A stretch of DNA of 63,958 bases, filler included, from Rozella allomycis CSF55 (lineage: Eukaryota), in assembly GCA_000442015.1 (NCBI GenBank). It is 16 parts of 16 records of this genome, joined end to end, with 100 filler letters (N's around TTAATTAATTAA, not from the genome) between each part and the next. Parts side by side here need not be neighbours in the genome. Positions count along the whole stretch, not along the records: positions 4,916 to 17,042 come from KE560933.1; positions 17,143 to 22,708 come from KE560934.1; positions 22,809 to 26,169 come from KE560938.1; 13 more parts are not named here. One strand, given 5' to 3'. Shown piece after piece: positions 11,500 through 23,760 of the stretch (position 1 is the first letter of the stretch; the number at the start of each line of letters is the position of its first letter). A program made the translations under genes and the position numbers. Below the pieces are notes generated by a model. It was not told the origin of the DNA and did not search any database. It saw nothing but the letters and a program-made list of their open reading frames with translations.

Positions 11500-13976
11500 G
11501 GTGAATGTATACATGTACCTGGCCCCTGTAATTGAGTCTATAAAAGGGCCACAAACATCATGTACAACAATATCTTCAATAGGGTTTGGTTTATCCCATT
11601 TTTGAGCCTTAGGACGACTTTAAATTTATTGATAAGGCCATTTTTAATCGTTTTAGTAAACACATTAATAAAATGCTTAGTGACAATGGATAATTCATTA
11701 CAAGTGAAACTGACAAATATTGCCAAGAAGCAGGAATCCGAATCCATCAAACCTGTGTTTACAAACCGGCCATGAACCCAAAGGCCGAAAGATTAAACAG
11801 AACTATTTTGAATGGTGTCCGCACAGTATTGTTTGAGACTAGATTTCCCAAAACCTTTTGGTCCGAAGCAGCTCAGTATATTATACAAACAATGAACCGC
11901 ACCCCTCGAAAAGATCAAGAGTCAAAATGCGCTTTAGAACTGTGGGAGTCACGGGAATTAAATTTGACAAACATTCACGCCTTCGGACATCCAAGTTATA
12001 TTCACCAGCCGAAACAAAAACAAGACGACAAATTAGATGCTCGAGGCATCCCAGCCGATTTCTCAACTACAGTACATCGCGTGCTGCATTTCGCATTTTA
12101 AAGAAAGAACCGCAAATAATTGAATCCAGGGATGTTAGATTTGTTAATGAGCCAACACCAGATCAGGAGCTTTTCAAACACAGAAGCCCGACAGTGAATT
12201 CCTAGTGCACGATGATGATCACGACCAAGCGCCTCAAAAATCTCCCGAAAATCATCATTGTGTGACATTTCTACTGGTAACATCATTGACACTCCACGTC
12301 GCCCGCGCCCATGCGTATCCATTACTCAGCCCTTGCCAGAGCCACCAGAATCCTTGAAAGCAGTTTTTGGAAGGCCCGACAAGCACAAATGGGAGGAAGC
12401 GATGAAATCCGAGATGCCCAATTTTTATGAGAATAATGCGTTTGACAAATGCGTAGGAATCACGGAAAAGACCCCAATGGGTTCTAAATGGATTTTGACA
12501 TATATATACAACACTTACGGAAGTGTTCGATACAAAGCCAGGTTAGTCGCACGTTGACTTACTCAGCGTGAAGGTGTGGATTTTGATGACACCTATGCAC
12601 CTGTCTTAAGCCATCAAACTCTCAGAATTCTACTCTCTATTGCTGCATCAAAAGACATGGAATGTGATCAAATTGATGTCAACACTGCGTTTTTAATACC
12701 AACTCTATCCCACAAAACTTACATGCAACTCCATGATGGAACAATTGTCCGACTCTGTAAATCTATCTACGGTCACAAGCAAGGCCTCACGAATGGTTTA
12801 AACATCTTAAAATTTTTCTATTATCCCTGGGCTTAACCCAATCTAAACAGGATCCGTGTCTATTTATTTCACTGACCACTGAATATACCTTCTTTCTCGG
12901 CGTCTACGTTGATGATCTCTTGCTCATTGGTGACCGAGATATCGTAAATCAAATCAAAGGGAAACTACAATCAGATTTTCCCATCAAAGATATTGGTCCA
13001 GCAAATACTATCATTGGCTATCAAATCACACGAGATCGCAACAACAAAACAATTTTCCTTCATCAGGCTCAATATTCAGAATCATTAATGACCAAGTTCA
13101 ATGTTTTGGAAGCACCAACCAGCACGCCATACAATAACGAAACATCTTCAGTTGATCTCCCGTTAACGCCACTACACGACTCAGATTTTAAGCTATATCG
13201 TTCCATCGTGGGCTCGTTGAGACGCTTGGCAGACTGTACGCGACCTGATTTTTCATATTGTGCCTCTCTGCTTGGTCGGTTTCTTAGTTCTCCCGCTACC
13301 ATTCACCTTCAGGCTGCGCGTCACGCACTACGATATTAAAAGGGCACTCAACAACATGACATTCTTTTTGGCGAAGCACAGCTACAAATGAAAGCTGCTT
13401 TCGCGGATGCCAATTGGGGAGGGCTACCAATGAAAACAAATGAACCCGCAACGCATTGAACCCATCTGAGAAACTAGCCATTAACACTCAAAGTCGATCA
13501 ACCTCAGGATTCATTATCAGGTTAGGTTTAGGTTGCATTGAATGGAGCTCAAAAACTCAGCATAAAATTAGTATAAGTTCTTGTGAATCAGAATATCATG
13601 CTTTATTAAAATGCACCAATTCAGTTATCTGGAACAGTCGTTTTTAAAATGAATTAGATCTTACACAACAATGCCCAATTAGATTTGAAGACAACAAGCC
13701 AGTAATCGATCTCATCAAAGGGAATGGACTTTCATCCAGAAACAGACACATTCAAATGGAACATGACTTTCTTAACGATCTTTTACAAGCCAACGAAATT
13801 CAGATTCAGCATATCGGAACAAAGCTACAGATAGCGGACTCTCTTACAAAAATTACCAAGGGCTGTCATTTCGCAGAATCTAGGAAGCTGTTCAACTTGG
13901 TCCCGCATTCTCAGATTCAGGGGAAGTGAAAGACCAAACCTGAGAATTGAGGTCACGTGACCTGCAGTTCAACCTA
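11500..13976 (+). mobile_element. Second Ty1/copia element (IN-RT-RNase H), heavily decayed, with PPT and start of 3' LTR at ~13927
   Basis: SDNG, AERLNRTI, FWSEAA, YKARLVAR, QIDVNTAFL, VYVDD, TRPD, CESEY, EDNK and IADSLTK; AGGGGAAG-TG at 13919-13928. Confidence 0.92.
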
Positions 13977-15120
13977 NTCATTTTAATGACCCGAATAAAT
14001 GTAAACACTAAAATGTTAATCCTCAAAGATCCCATTGCATTACTTACAGCAACAAACTATTTCATGAAACCTGTTCGTGTTTCGGGATGAACATNTTTCT
14101 GTGCATTATAAGAAGAGCTTAAAATCGCGATGGGCGGCAAATACATTTGCCAAATGACCCAATTGAAAGAAAGAGAAGACGCCCTTTTGAAAAAGGAGCC
14201 TTGTTAGAAAATGGGTTGTTGATGGCCAAGTGAAGTACGCTGTACGAGTAATAAGATGATAAATATGATGAAAAAGAGGTGTTTGTTTGTTTTGAAGACG
14301 TCAAGACAATCAATGAACAATATGAGAAAATATCAAAAGCCGCTTAAAAGAAGAAAATGCATGAACATAAACACTTGACGTGCATGTTCATCCCGAAACA
14401 CGAACAGGGTATTGTTGCTGTAAGTAATGCAATGGGATCTTTAATACCAAAGAGGATAGGTAATTAAACGCAATATTGAAAGAACCTAGGGTATCAAGAC
14501 CCTTTAGTTCTATTCTTGATCTTAATTTACTGTTTCTATTTTAATGACGCGAATAAATGTAAACACTAAAATTTTAATCCTCAAAGATCCCATTGCATTA
14601 CATACAGCAACAAACTATTTCATGAAACCTGTTCGTGTTTCGGGATGAACATGCACGTCAAGACTCTCAATAAGATCGTAGAGAATCCGTTTTTTCTAAA
14701 AGAAGCTTCTTTTTCAAAAGGGCATCTTCTCTTTCTTTCAAGTGGGTCATTTTGCAAATGTATTTGTCGGCCATCGCGATTAGCGATTTCTGAACTCCTT
14801 GGGCTTACAAAAAGCCTTACTTACATCAAACAAAATCACTTTACGCTTTCCATGTACCTGGCTTCTCGTCGAATTAGCTTTTAAAGCCTTGTTACAGACA
14901 TCGCGTTCGAATTCATCGCTTCTGTTGATCTTTTAGTGGAAAATCAATATTTGGCGCGACTATGAGGAACAGGAATTGCAAGACATTAAATTTCATTTGA
15001 TTAGCTAAACTTTTAACATTAAAATAAAAAATCTAAAAAATTGTTCATTTATTTATTTAGAAGCACGGTCAATGGGATCGATCTCTTTCTTTTCCCATTC
15101 TCAATCTTAACTTGCTGTTA

Positions 15121-15505
15121 TCATTTTTTAATGACGCAACTAAATGACAACACTAAAGATATAATACCCAAAGATCCTATTGCATTGCTTGCAGAAACGA
15201 ACCATTCTAAGAAACCTGGTCCGCTTGGATTCAGGGCATCCATATTTTGCATCCCAAGAATTTCAGGAACTTCTTGTAGGATGCTCTCCCATTGTGCCTG
15301 TTTATGCTGATGCACTCTCTTCGTTTTGTTATTAGCTTGGCGAAAGGCCTTTGACACCTTCTCGTATCTTTCATTCGCGGCTTTCACGTCTTCAAAGCAG
15401 GCAAATGCCTCCATTTCATCGTATTGATCATCTTTTATGCATTCAAAATATTTCGCGTACTTGGACAATATTCGAATAACCGTTTCCGGTAGTACGATCG
15501 GGCAC
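15121..15505 (-). CDS. Orphan helical protein with C-terminal hydrophobic tail (possible GPI signal), 5' partial
   Basis: Open frame CPIVLPETVIRILSKYAKYFEC...WFVSASNAIGSLGIISLVLSFSCVIKK*. Confidence 0.55.
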
Positions 15506-15824
15506 NTAACTCCAAGGCGATATCAATAAAAAGAACGGAGGATAATCCATTCTCAATCAACATCAGTTTTTACTCTTTTTATCTTACGATTTACTATCCA
15601 ATTTATGAGNCAATGCCTCCATTTCATCGTATTGATCATCTTATATGCATTAAAAATATTCCTCGTACTTGGACAATATTCGAATAACCGTTTCCGGTAG
15701 TACGATCGGGCACNCACCCTTGTTAAGTAAAAACTACTTCTTTATCTTACCGTAATTCGAAAAAAAGTTGAGACTGCTGCAGAATTTTTACCCTTGTCGT
15801 TTTTCTGTACATTTTATGTCAAAA

Positions 15825-15992
15825 ATGAGTACTTTTGCCCTTTATATTTCACAAAAATCATAACCCTTGTTTTCAAAAATATGTTTAGCTATATAATTTT
15901 TATCGCGTATGAGTACTTTTGCCCTTTATATTTCAAAAAAACCATAACCCTTTTTTTCAAAAATATGTTTAGCTATATAATTTTTATCGCGT
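15825..15992. repeat. Tandem duplication, 84-bp period, 2 copies
   Basis: ATGAGTACTTTTGCCC...TTTTTATCGCGT starts at 15825 and 15909, with a few substitutions. Confidence 0.9.
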
Positions 15993-16521
15993 AACTATAA
16001 GAANTTCATCGCTTCTTTTGATTATTTCAATGGAAAATCAATATTTGGCGCGACTGTGAGGAACAGGAATTGCAAGACATTAAAGTTTATTTGATTAGCT
16101 AACCTTGTAACATTACAATAAAAAATCTAAAAAGAAATGTTCATTTATTTATTGAAGCACGGTCAATGGGATCGATCTTTTTCTTTTACTATTCTCGATT
16201 TTANGTGAGGATTAAGATACTAGATAATTTGTGGCACTCGGATGTTAGACCAGGTGGCTTGATAAGAGAAGAACATGATTTGTACTATGTTCAAAAATAA
16301 AACACTCTATTTCTTTCGTGTAATTTAAAGTCGACAGTGTCACTGACAAAATATCAACAAAAAAGAATACACTGAAATAAGATCTTTAGAGTTTGTAAAG
16401 CGCAATTTTTGTAAAGGTTCATCGCACGGGTNGTCATGAAACAAGGTCGTGTTTCGGGATAAAGATACAAGTCAAGACGCTCAATAAGATGGTGGAGAAT
16501 CTTTGCGCAATTTGCCTGTTN

Positions 16522-16956
16522 AATAATTTATTTAAAAATTTACAATTTACATAATATTTCTTGAAAAGGTTTAGAAAAGTGATTTTAGCTTCCTCCAAGC
16601 CAAAATCTATCTTGGATGATAACTGTATTACATCAAAAAATACAGCTATCACTTTCAAAAAAATCTTATGTGATGTCAAGTCATTAATTAGTGACGCATA
16701 TTAAACAATGAGTTAAGTTATCGCCGGGGGACGCCCCGTGATCATGTTTATTTATATGCCGGGTGAACCAATTAGATCGTTGCTTCTATTTTTAGATCGT
16801 CTATTCTTAGATAATAGATCTGTTGGAATATCTATGTTACGACATTCTCCTTCACCTAAGGTATCTTCCCTGTAAGGTTTCAATCTTCGAATATTGATAA
16901 GTTCTTGATATCCTTCCAGATCAATAACACAAGTATCATTCTTGTTTACTTTAAGN
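16522..16956 (-). mobile_element. Ty3/gypsy integrase 3' end, PPT and start of 3' LTR (TGTCGTAAC at 16844)
   Basis: ...ELINIRRLKPY integrase tail, then purine tract GGTGAAGGAGAA, then TGT. The LTR's far end was not defined. Confidence 0.65.
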
Positions 16957-17512
16957 CATTTGTATTTTAAATAGAATTTCAAGTCGGGGCTTTATAATTG
17001 GTAACCCTGAAACCGCGGCCTAAGAAGCAGGATGACAATTACNNNNNNNNNNNNNNNNNNNNNNNNNNNNNNNNNNNNNNNNNNNNTTAATTAATTAANN
17101 NNNNNNNNNNNNNNNNNNNNNNNNNNNNNNNNNNNNNNNNNNCCGAAGATATTAATTGTTACCTGGAGTAATTTCGTTGACTAGAATCGGTGCGGTATAG
17201 AAAAAGTTTTGGTTTGATGTAACCTTAACTAGAGAATGAGTGATTAGAAATAAAACCAGTGTTGCAAAAGCAAGTTTGACTGGGCTGGATAACATGTAGT
17301 TCTTCTTAAATGTCACAATGGGGCAATTGAATTACATTGACAGATCAAGATCATTTAAAACCGTATTTGTACCATCCTTTTACCCCAGTGTGGACAAATT
17401 TTCATTTAATTTTTTTGATCTTACACCGCAATATACTGTGTTTCATATCCCTAAAAAAATCAAAATAAAACAAATTTATTCCTAAATGGTAGTGTCTACG
17501 AGATATAACCAG

Positions 17513-18478
17513 TTAATCGCTATTAAATGGACGCTTCAATATGAGCAACAAATCATCGGCAATATCATGCCAGTTAGTATAGGTCTTATCACATAAGATA
17601 CGAGCATTTGGATATTTTTCAGACAGTGCTTTATACGTTTTGCTATTATCTTTACCAAAACCACAATAATATGCTTCATTTTCTTCGAGGATTATTTCAA
17701 CAAACTCTAGCGGGGCATTCAACTCTTCAACAAAATCCAATGAATGTCGTGGAGTAAAGCAATACAGACGAATATGAGTTAGGCTTGTCAGCGTCTTTAA
17801 ATAGCATAATTCAGACCCGTTTTTACCAGCCATCAGAAAAAGTTTCTTTAATCCAGTAAATGATCCAAGTACTTCCCAATCTTCTTGTTCGTAAATCCAA
17901 GGGGCACTGAACTCTTCAACATTGGAAAATCGCTTGAGGTAAGATAAAAGTGATACATTTCCACCGTCGTTCTCATAATCATAATCATCTTCATTATCCA
18001 ATTCACCTTCATCTTCGTTAGATTTAATGCTCCCTTTGTTGAAATATTTGCCATTCCTGTCTACAAAAAATACCATGTCTTCGTGCCCGCAATCACCGTA
18101 CAGCGCCAAGTGCAACGTCTTCAGCTTCTCAGGGTTAGGAATCGCCAAAATAAATTCAATTAAGTTGTCAATGTCTGATCTAGTTTCAGCTTGGATATAC
18201 AAAGTTTGAAGATTTGTCAGTCTTTCAGCAAATTCAACGGACTGCAAAGGGTAGCACCTATTCAACCAATCTCCAAAATCAACTTCCAAGGATTTAATGA
18301 TATTCGCGTTGGGAATAGCACCACTGAGAAGCTCAAGTCTTTTGGGTCCTATGAATTCTGTGTATAGCAACTGCTGGCATTTTCGGTATATATCTTTTGA
18401 TAATTTGCAAACAACTAGTAATTCTGCAGTTTCAAAAAAAGGAAGTGACAAGTTTAAAACTAGCTCGTGAAAATTCAT
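17513..18478 (-). CDS. F-box/leucine-rich-repeat-like protein
   Basis: N-terminal ELVLNLSLPFFETAELLVVCKLSKDIY (F-box-like), then LxxLxL repeats (LTNLQTLYI, LKTLHL, LKKLFL, LTSLTHI). Intronless ORF. Confidence 0.65.
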   Translation of the reverse strand: MNFHELVLNLSLPFFETAELLVVCKLSKDIYRKCQQLLYTEFIGPKRLELLSGAIPNANIIKSLEVDFGDWLNRCYPLQSVEFAERLTNLQTLYIQAETRSDIDNLIEFILAIPNPEKLKTLHLALYGDCGHEDMVFFVDRNGKYFNKGSIKSNEDEGELDNEDDYDYENDGGNVSLLSYLKRFSNVEEFSAPWIYEQEDWEVLGSFTGLKKLFLMAGKNGSELCYLKTLTSLTHIRLYCFTPRHSLDFVEELNAPLEFVEIILEENEAYYCGFGKDNSKTYKALSEKYPNARILCDKTYTNWHDIADDLLLILKRPFNSD

Positions 18479-18924
18479 GTTACGGCGCAGCCGCCAGCCG
18501 CAGTTACATGCTCTAATAATATATCGCAATAGTGTTATGGATTTTATCGAATCTTATAGAAGCAAGTTCTTTGAGGGGGGAGAGACACTGCCCAGTGCCC
18601 TGTGAGTCTGTGACTTCATTCTTCACAACTAACCACTACACTCCACAAATACTATTACGATGTATTCACCTGACTAAAAGCCTTTAATATAAAATATCTA
18701 TTGTCTATTTCTAATATTAATTTTTCAGTTTTTCTGTCTTATTACCTTTAAAAAAACAACTTGTCTAAATTTTAAACTTGCATCAAAATTGTAATTTAGT
18801 TGCTTCATAATTTAGCAGAGACTGAAGTGTTAATAATTAATCAATTTCAATCTTCCAATACTAGAAAATATAGATTTCCATATCAGTCTAACCAAATCAG
18901 CAATCCGTTAGATTACCCAGCCAC

Positions 18925-21900
18925 ATGCTAATATATGTGATATTGCTTTTCCCCCTGCTGCACACATTAGCGCAGTGCGGCAACATATTCTCTGAAGCTG
19001 AACAGTTATCAATGCATTTTGCGACAATGGGTGTGAATGTGGGTTCTGTTGTGCGGATACCGAAATGGGTTGTGGCTGATAGTGTGATTAATTTGTGTGG
19101 GGAGGGTGNATTGGCGAGGATGGGGATGGCAGGAAGAGGGTTGTTGTGAAGAGGGGTGAAGGAATGAGAAGAGTGTGTGGGGATGGCGTGGTGAAAGTTG
19201 GTGGGTATTATGAGAGTGAGGAGAGGGTAGAGTTGATTGATCTTGCAAATGTGTGTGATGATGGAGTGTTGTATGAGGGGTATGTGAGTGGCGAGATTGT
19301 GTTGGAGAATGTGGATGTGTTTGTGAACCGAGTGAGATTTCGTGTTGATTTGGAGGGCGGTGTTGTTGAGAGGATGAGGGATGGGGAGAGTGAATTTAAG
19401 TTGGATGATATTGAGGGGATGAGAGTGAATGGAAGGTATTATTTTAGTGTGACTGAGAGGGTTGTTGATGAGTGTGAGAAGATGAGAGATTTGAGCGAGC
19501 TGTTTATTGGCGTTGTTGTTGATGGGAGGGAGTATGGAAAGTATAGTTTGTGTAGAGGGAGTGGACCGTTTTTTGTTGTTGGGGGAGAGAATAGGGTTGT
19601 TGAGTTTGAGTATTTTGATGGGGTTGGGAGAAGAGAGATTTTGTTGAGTGAGTTGGAAGAGATGAAATTGGAAGTGAGAGTTGAAGGGGAGGAGGATGAA
19701 GGGATTGTGTTGAGTGGTGATTTATTGTTGATAAAGTGTGAAGAGTTCTTTTATGATAAGATGATTGTTAGGGAGATTGGAATGAACAATAAATATTATC
19801 GGGGTGTTAAAGAAATGAGAGTGAATGAGGGTGTAAANAGGTTCGTAGAAGAGAGATTTTGTTGAGTGAATTGGAAGAGATGAAATTGGAGGTGAGAGTT
19901 GAAGGGGAGGAGGATGAAGGGATTGTGTTGAGGGGTGATTTGTTGTTGATAAAGTGTGAAGAACTCTTTTATGATAAGATGATTGTTAGAGAGATTGGAG
20001 TGAATAATAAATATTATCGGGGTGTTAAAGAAATGAGAGTGAATGAGGGTGTAAAGGGATATGAAATATACTTTGGGCGATATTTGGTGCATGAGATTAA
20101 AGTGACTGAATTGAAGATTAAAGATGGATTTGTAGTTAAAGGAATAAAGAAAAGAAAGGGAGGTGTGATTAAAGTTAAGAGGGTTGGTGAAGAAGAAGAG
20201 AGAGAATTTAACATTAAAGATAGATTATTTGCCAGAGGGTGAGTATGAATATGAAGGAAAAAGATTTAAAGTTGAATATAAAGATTATAATTTGTTGATA
20301 GATGGACGNATAGTTAAAGGAATAATGAATAGAAAGGGAGGTGTGATTAAAGTGAAGAGGGTGGGAGATGAAGAAGAGAGAGAGTTTAACATTAAAGATG
20401 GAAGAGTAGAGATAGATTATTTGCCAGAGGGTGAATATGAATATGAAGGGAAAAGATTTAAAGTTGAATATAAAGATTATAATTTGTTGATAGATGGAAG
20501 AGAGATTAAGAGTGGAATATTTTTGAATGAAGAGATAAAGTTGGAGTGTGAAAAGGGAAAAGGAAATGAATATGAGATTGTTGATAACAATGGAAGAGTA
20601 ATCTTGAATGAATGTATGACTAGAGTAATAGTGAAAGGAGAAGAAGGATTGAATGAATTGATTGTAAAGAGAAATGAAGTGATTGTAGAGAAAATTAAAG
20701 TGTTTGATGAATTTGAAGATTTGATTGAAAGAATTATTTATAAAGAAAGAATTTTAATTAATGGAGAAATATTTCTGAAATTTCCTAATGATCTTTTGCA
20801 AGGGTTTAAAGAAAGAAGAATAAAAATTAAAGTGAATGAACAAGAGATAAACTATTCAAAATTAAATTCTATTAATGCTGGATATAAATATTTTAATTTT
20901 AATAGTAAAGGAAGAATAGNGAGAAGAATAAAAATTAAAGTGAATGAACAAGAAATAAACTATTCAAAATTAAATTCTATTAATGGAGGATATAAATATT
21001 TTAATTTTAATAGTAAAGGAAGAGTAGTAATGGTAGAAGCTGGAGGGAAGGTGTACAAGTTGGAGATGAATGAAGATTATTTGAGAGTGTTTCTGGTTGA
21101 TAAAAAGAGAATAAAAGAGATTAAACAAGTAATTTATTCAAATGATTTAATTGAAATTGAAACTAATCGAGATAATTTAACATTTAACATTGTAGATGAT
21201 GATCAAGAAGACATTAATTCTAAAGTTGATGTGAATTATTTTGTTCAAATACCTGTTGTAAGAAGAGAAAAGATGTTGAGGATTTATAGTGGAAGTGAAA
21301 TCATTGGAGAATATTTAATAAAGCCATTAGAATTTGTTGTTAGTGAATTTGATGGAGAATTTAATTTAAATTTGAATGAAGAATTGAGAATGAGAAGAAT
21401 TGATTTTCTTGATTCTAAAAATAAATCTATTGCATGGGTTAAATATTTCGGCTACGGTAGATTTAAAACAAGAAATAATTTCGTTACAATTTGTTATAAA
21501 ACTCCATTGTATTTGATTAACTTAAAAACATTTGAAATAGAAGTTGAAAATAAATGGATTAAACTAAACAATGAAAATAGTTTTAAGAATTTTGAATTGA
21601 AGGGAGGGGATTTTGTAAATTTCAGAAACAAAGATTTGAGAATATTTTTTAATGAAAAAGTTGAATTGATAAAGAAAAAGAAATATTTAATACCAAATGA
21701 AGATGGAATTTTAATTGTTAAATTTAGAAATGAAATTGTTTCAAAAATTAGAGTTTATAAAGTAGAAAGGGTTAAAGTCAATGTAAACGTAGTTCCAATA
21801 AGAGATACTTTAAAGAAAGAAGGCAATTTGAAGAGAGTAAAGAATAGTATCAATAACAATTTCATTAACACTGCGACTATATTGTCTGGGGATTTGTTGT

Positions 21901-22708
21901 TTGTAAATTTCAATTTTGATTCAACGTTGGATGTGTTTATTAATAATAAATNGTTATTTCAAAAATTAGAGTTTATAAAGTAGAGAGGTTTAAAGTCAAT
22001 GTAAAAGTAGTTCCAATAAGAGATAAGTTAAAGAAAAAACTAGAAGTTAACTTAAAGAGAGTAAAAGATAATAGTTTCAATAATAATGTGATTAACACTC
22101 CAACTATATTGTCTGGGGATTTATTGTCTGTAAATTTCAATTTTGATTCAACGTTGGATGTGTTTATTAATAATAAATTAACCTTTTCAAATGTTAAAAA
22201 TAAAGATAAAATAAAATTACCAACAATTTCAAAACAATCAACTTTATCAATTTGTTCATCAAAAGACAATTATTGTAGTAGTTATTCAATTTATAATATA
22301 AAGATATCATTTAATAAAATTCTATTTGTTGGTCAGCCATTGAATCTAAACATTTATAATTTCAATAAACTAGAAAATGAATTACTGTCACGTAATGATG
22401 TTAAAGGGTCACTGTTTAAAGTATTTGAAAATAAAATAAAATTGATGAATACAAGAATTGATCCAATTGAATTTCAAGTTAAAGAAATTGATATTGTTGA
22501 TTATAAAATTAGTTTGCAAAATGGTGATTTTATTGATAAAATTTATTGTGGAGATTATTTCTATATTGTTTATAGTTTAAATTTTGATAAATCTGCAAGT
22601 TTTAAATCTAAATATTTTAAATTTGATGATCCTGGTATTATCAAAGTAGATCTTAGTAGTAGTGAAGTAGGTAGAGAGAAGAATATTGAAAGTGGAAGTG
22701 TTAGTGGT
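18925..22708 (+). CDS. Large orphan secreted, beta-strand-rich protein (broken by several single-N overlap joins; 3' partial)
   Basis: Signal-peptide-like MLIYVILLFPLLHTLAQC; the frame stays open once duplicate overlaps at about 19089, 19838, 20309, 20920 and 21953 are removed. Confidence 0.7.
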
Positions 22709-22808
22709 NNNNNNNNNNNNNNNNNNNNNNNNNNNNNNNNNNNNNNNNNNNNTTAATTAATTAANNNNNNNNNNNNNNNNNNNNNNNNNNNNNNNNNNNN
22801 NNNNNNNN

Positions 22809-23760
22809 ACAATCATTTTATAGTGACTTATTCTGCCAAAGATTCATTCAATAAATTTCAATAAAGAATCTTTTGTCTTGTATGTATTTGGATTTGCGAA
22901 ATTCAAAGCGTATTGAATCGATCGATTGTAAAAGAACTCAGCAATTCTTTGGGCAGGGATTCTCATCCCACTTCTTAGATTAACTATCGTAGATAGGAGT
23001 CATAATTCTCAAAGGATCTCTTAATTCTGACAGATCTCTATTCTGATACTATTTATAGAAAGAACCAACCACATAAAACTCCAAAGAGAACAAGGTTAAA
23101 CCATTCTCATTCGATATCCGTTTTTCTCATTCATCTTTTAAATTACTATCCAATTTATGAAGATTATAAGACACTATAAGCGCATGGAGCGACAAATGGC
23201 ACATAAGCCTCGCTTCTTCTATAAACTGCGATATCAACAAGTCTCGCAGTGCTCGTTAACTGGACGGGGAGGTATTCTAATAATTTGTAATATTGAATAG
23301 TCATTTTTTATGTTGACCGAAATGCTTTTCTAACTTAGTAATTACCCTTACTTTATTCCATGAATAATGGGTCAATTCTCAATTCAAAAAGGATTGAATG
23401 ATTGGCATGAATTTGAATTCATAAAATGCCCACACTATTCTATAATATTAGGCATCGACTGGTTAAAAAAGCAAAATCCACTAATCGACTGGAATAAAGG
23501 TAGTATAAGTGTCATCAACCAGAATTGCAACACCGCAAACAACTGAATTGTCAAAGGTTGAACCGAGAATATCAATAAGCCGAATTTCTATGACAAAACT
23601 AAGAAAACTTGAAAATCAAAAGAAATATCTATGTTTTGGTACCATCAAAGTCACTGAGAATATATACAAGGACATTACAACATGTTTTATTCCTAAGCAA
23701 TATATGTCGTTTTCTTGCCAACACCTGGATTACCTTCCATTTTGAAATTTAAATAGATTT
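22809..23760. mobile_element. Degenerate Ty3/gypsy remnants including an aspartic protease segment (+)
   Basis: IILGIDWLKKQNPLIDWNKG at about 23440-23500. The AAGTCTC..AGTGCTCGTTAA..GGACGGGGAG motif is shared with 35233 (+) and 44257-44290 (-). Confidence 0.65.

Larger units (their letters stand above)
13978..16520. repeat. Cluster of paralogous, mostly broken copies of a small orphan gene family
   Basis: D(D/K)YDE.E.F.CFEDVK and SNA(I/M)GSL segments recur (14256-14440 on +; 13978-14094, 14540-14995, 15121-15505, 15610-15713 and 16004-16200 on -). Confidence 0.75.

Noticed and set aside
19640-22170. Internal tandem domain repeats in the large secreted protein
   Set aside because: Each duplicate straddles a single N, so they are most likely unmerged overlaps.
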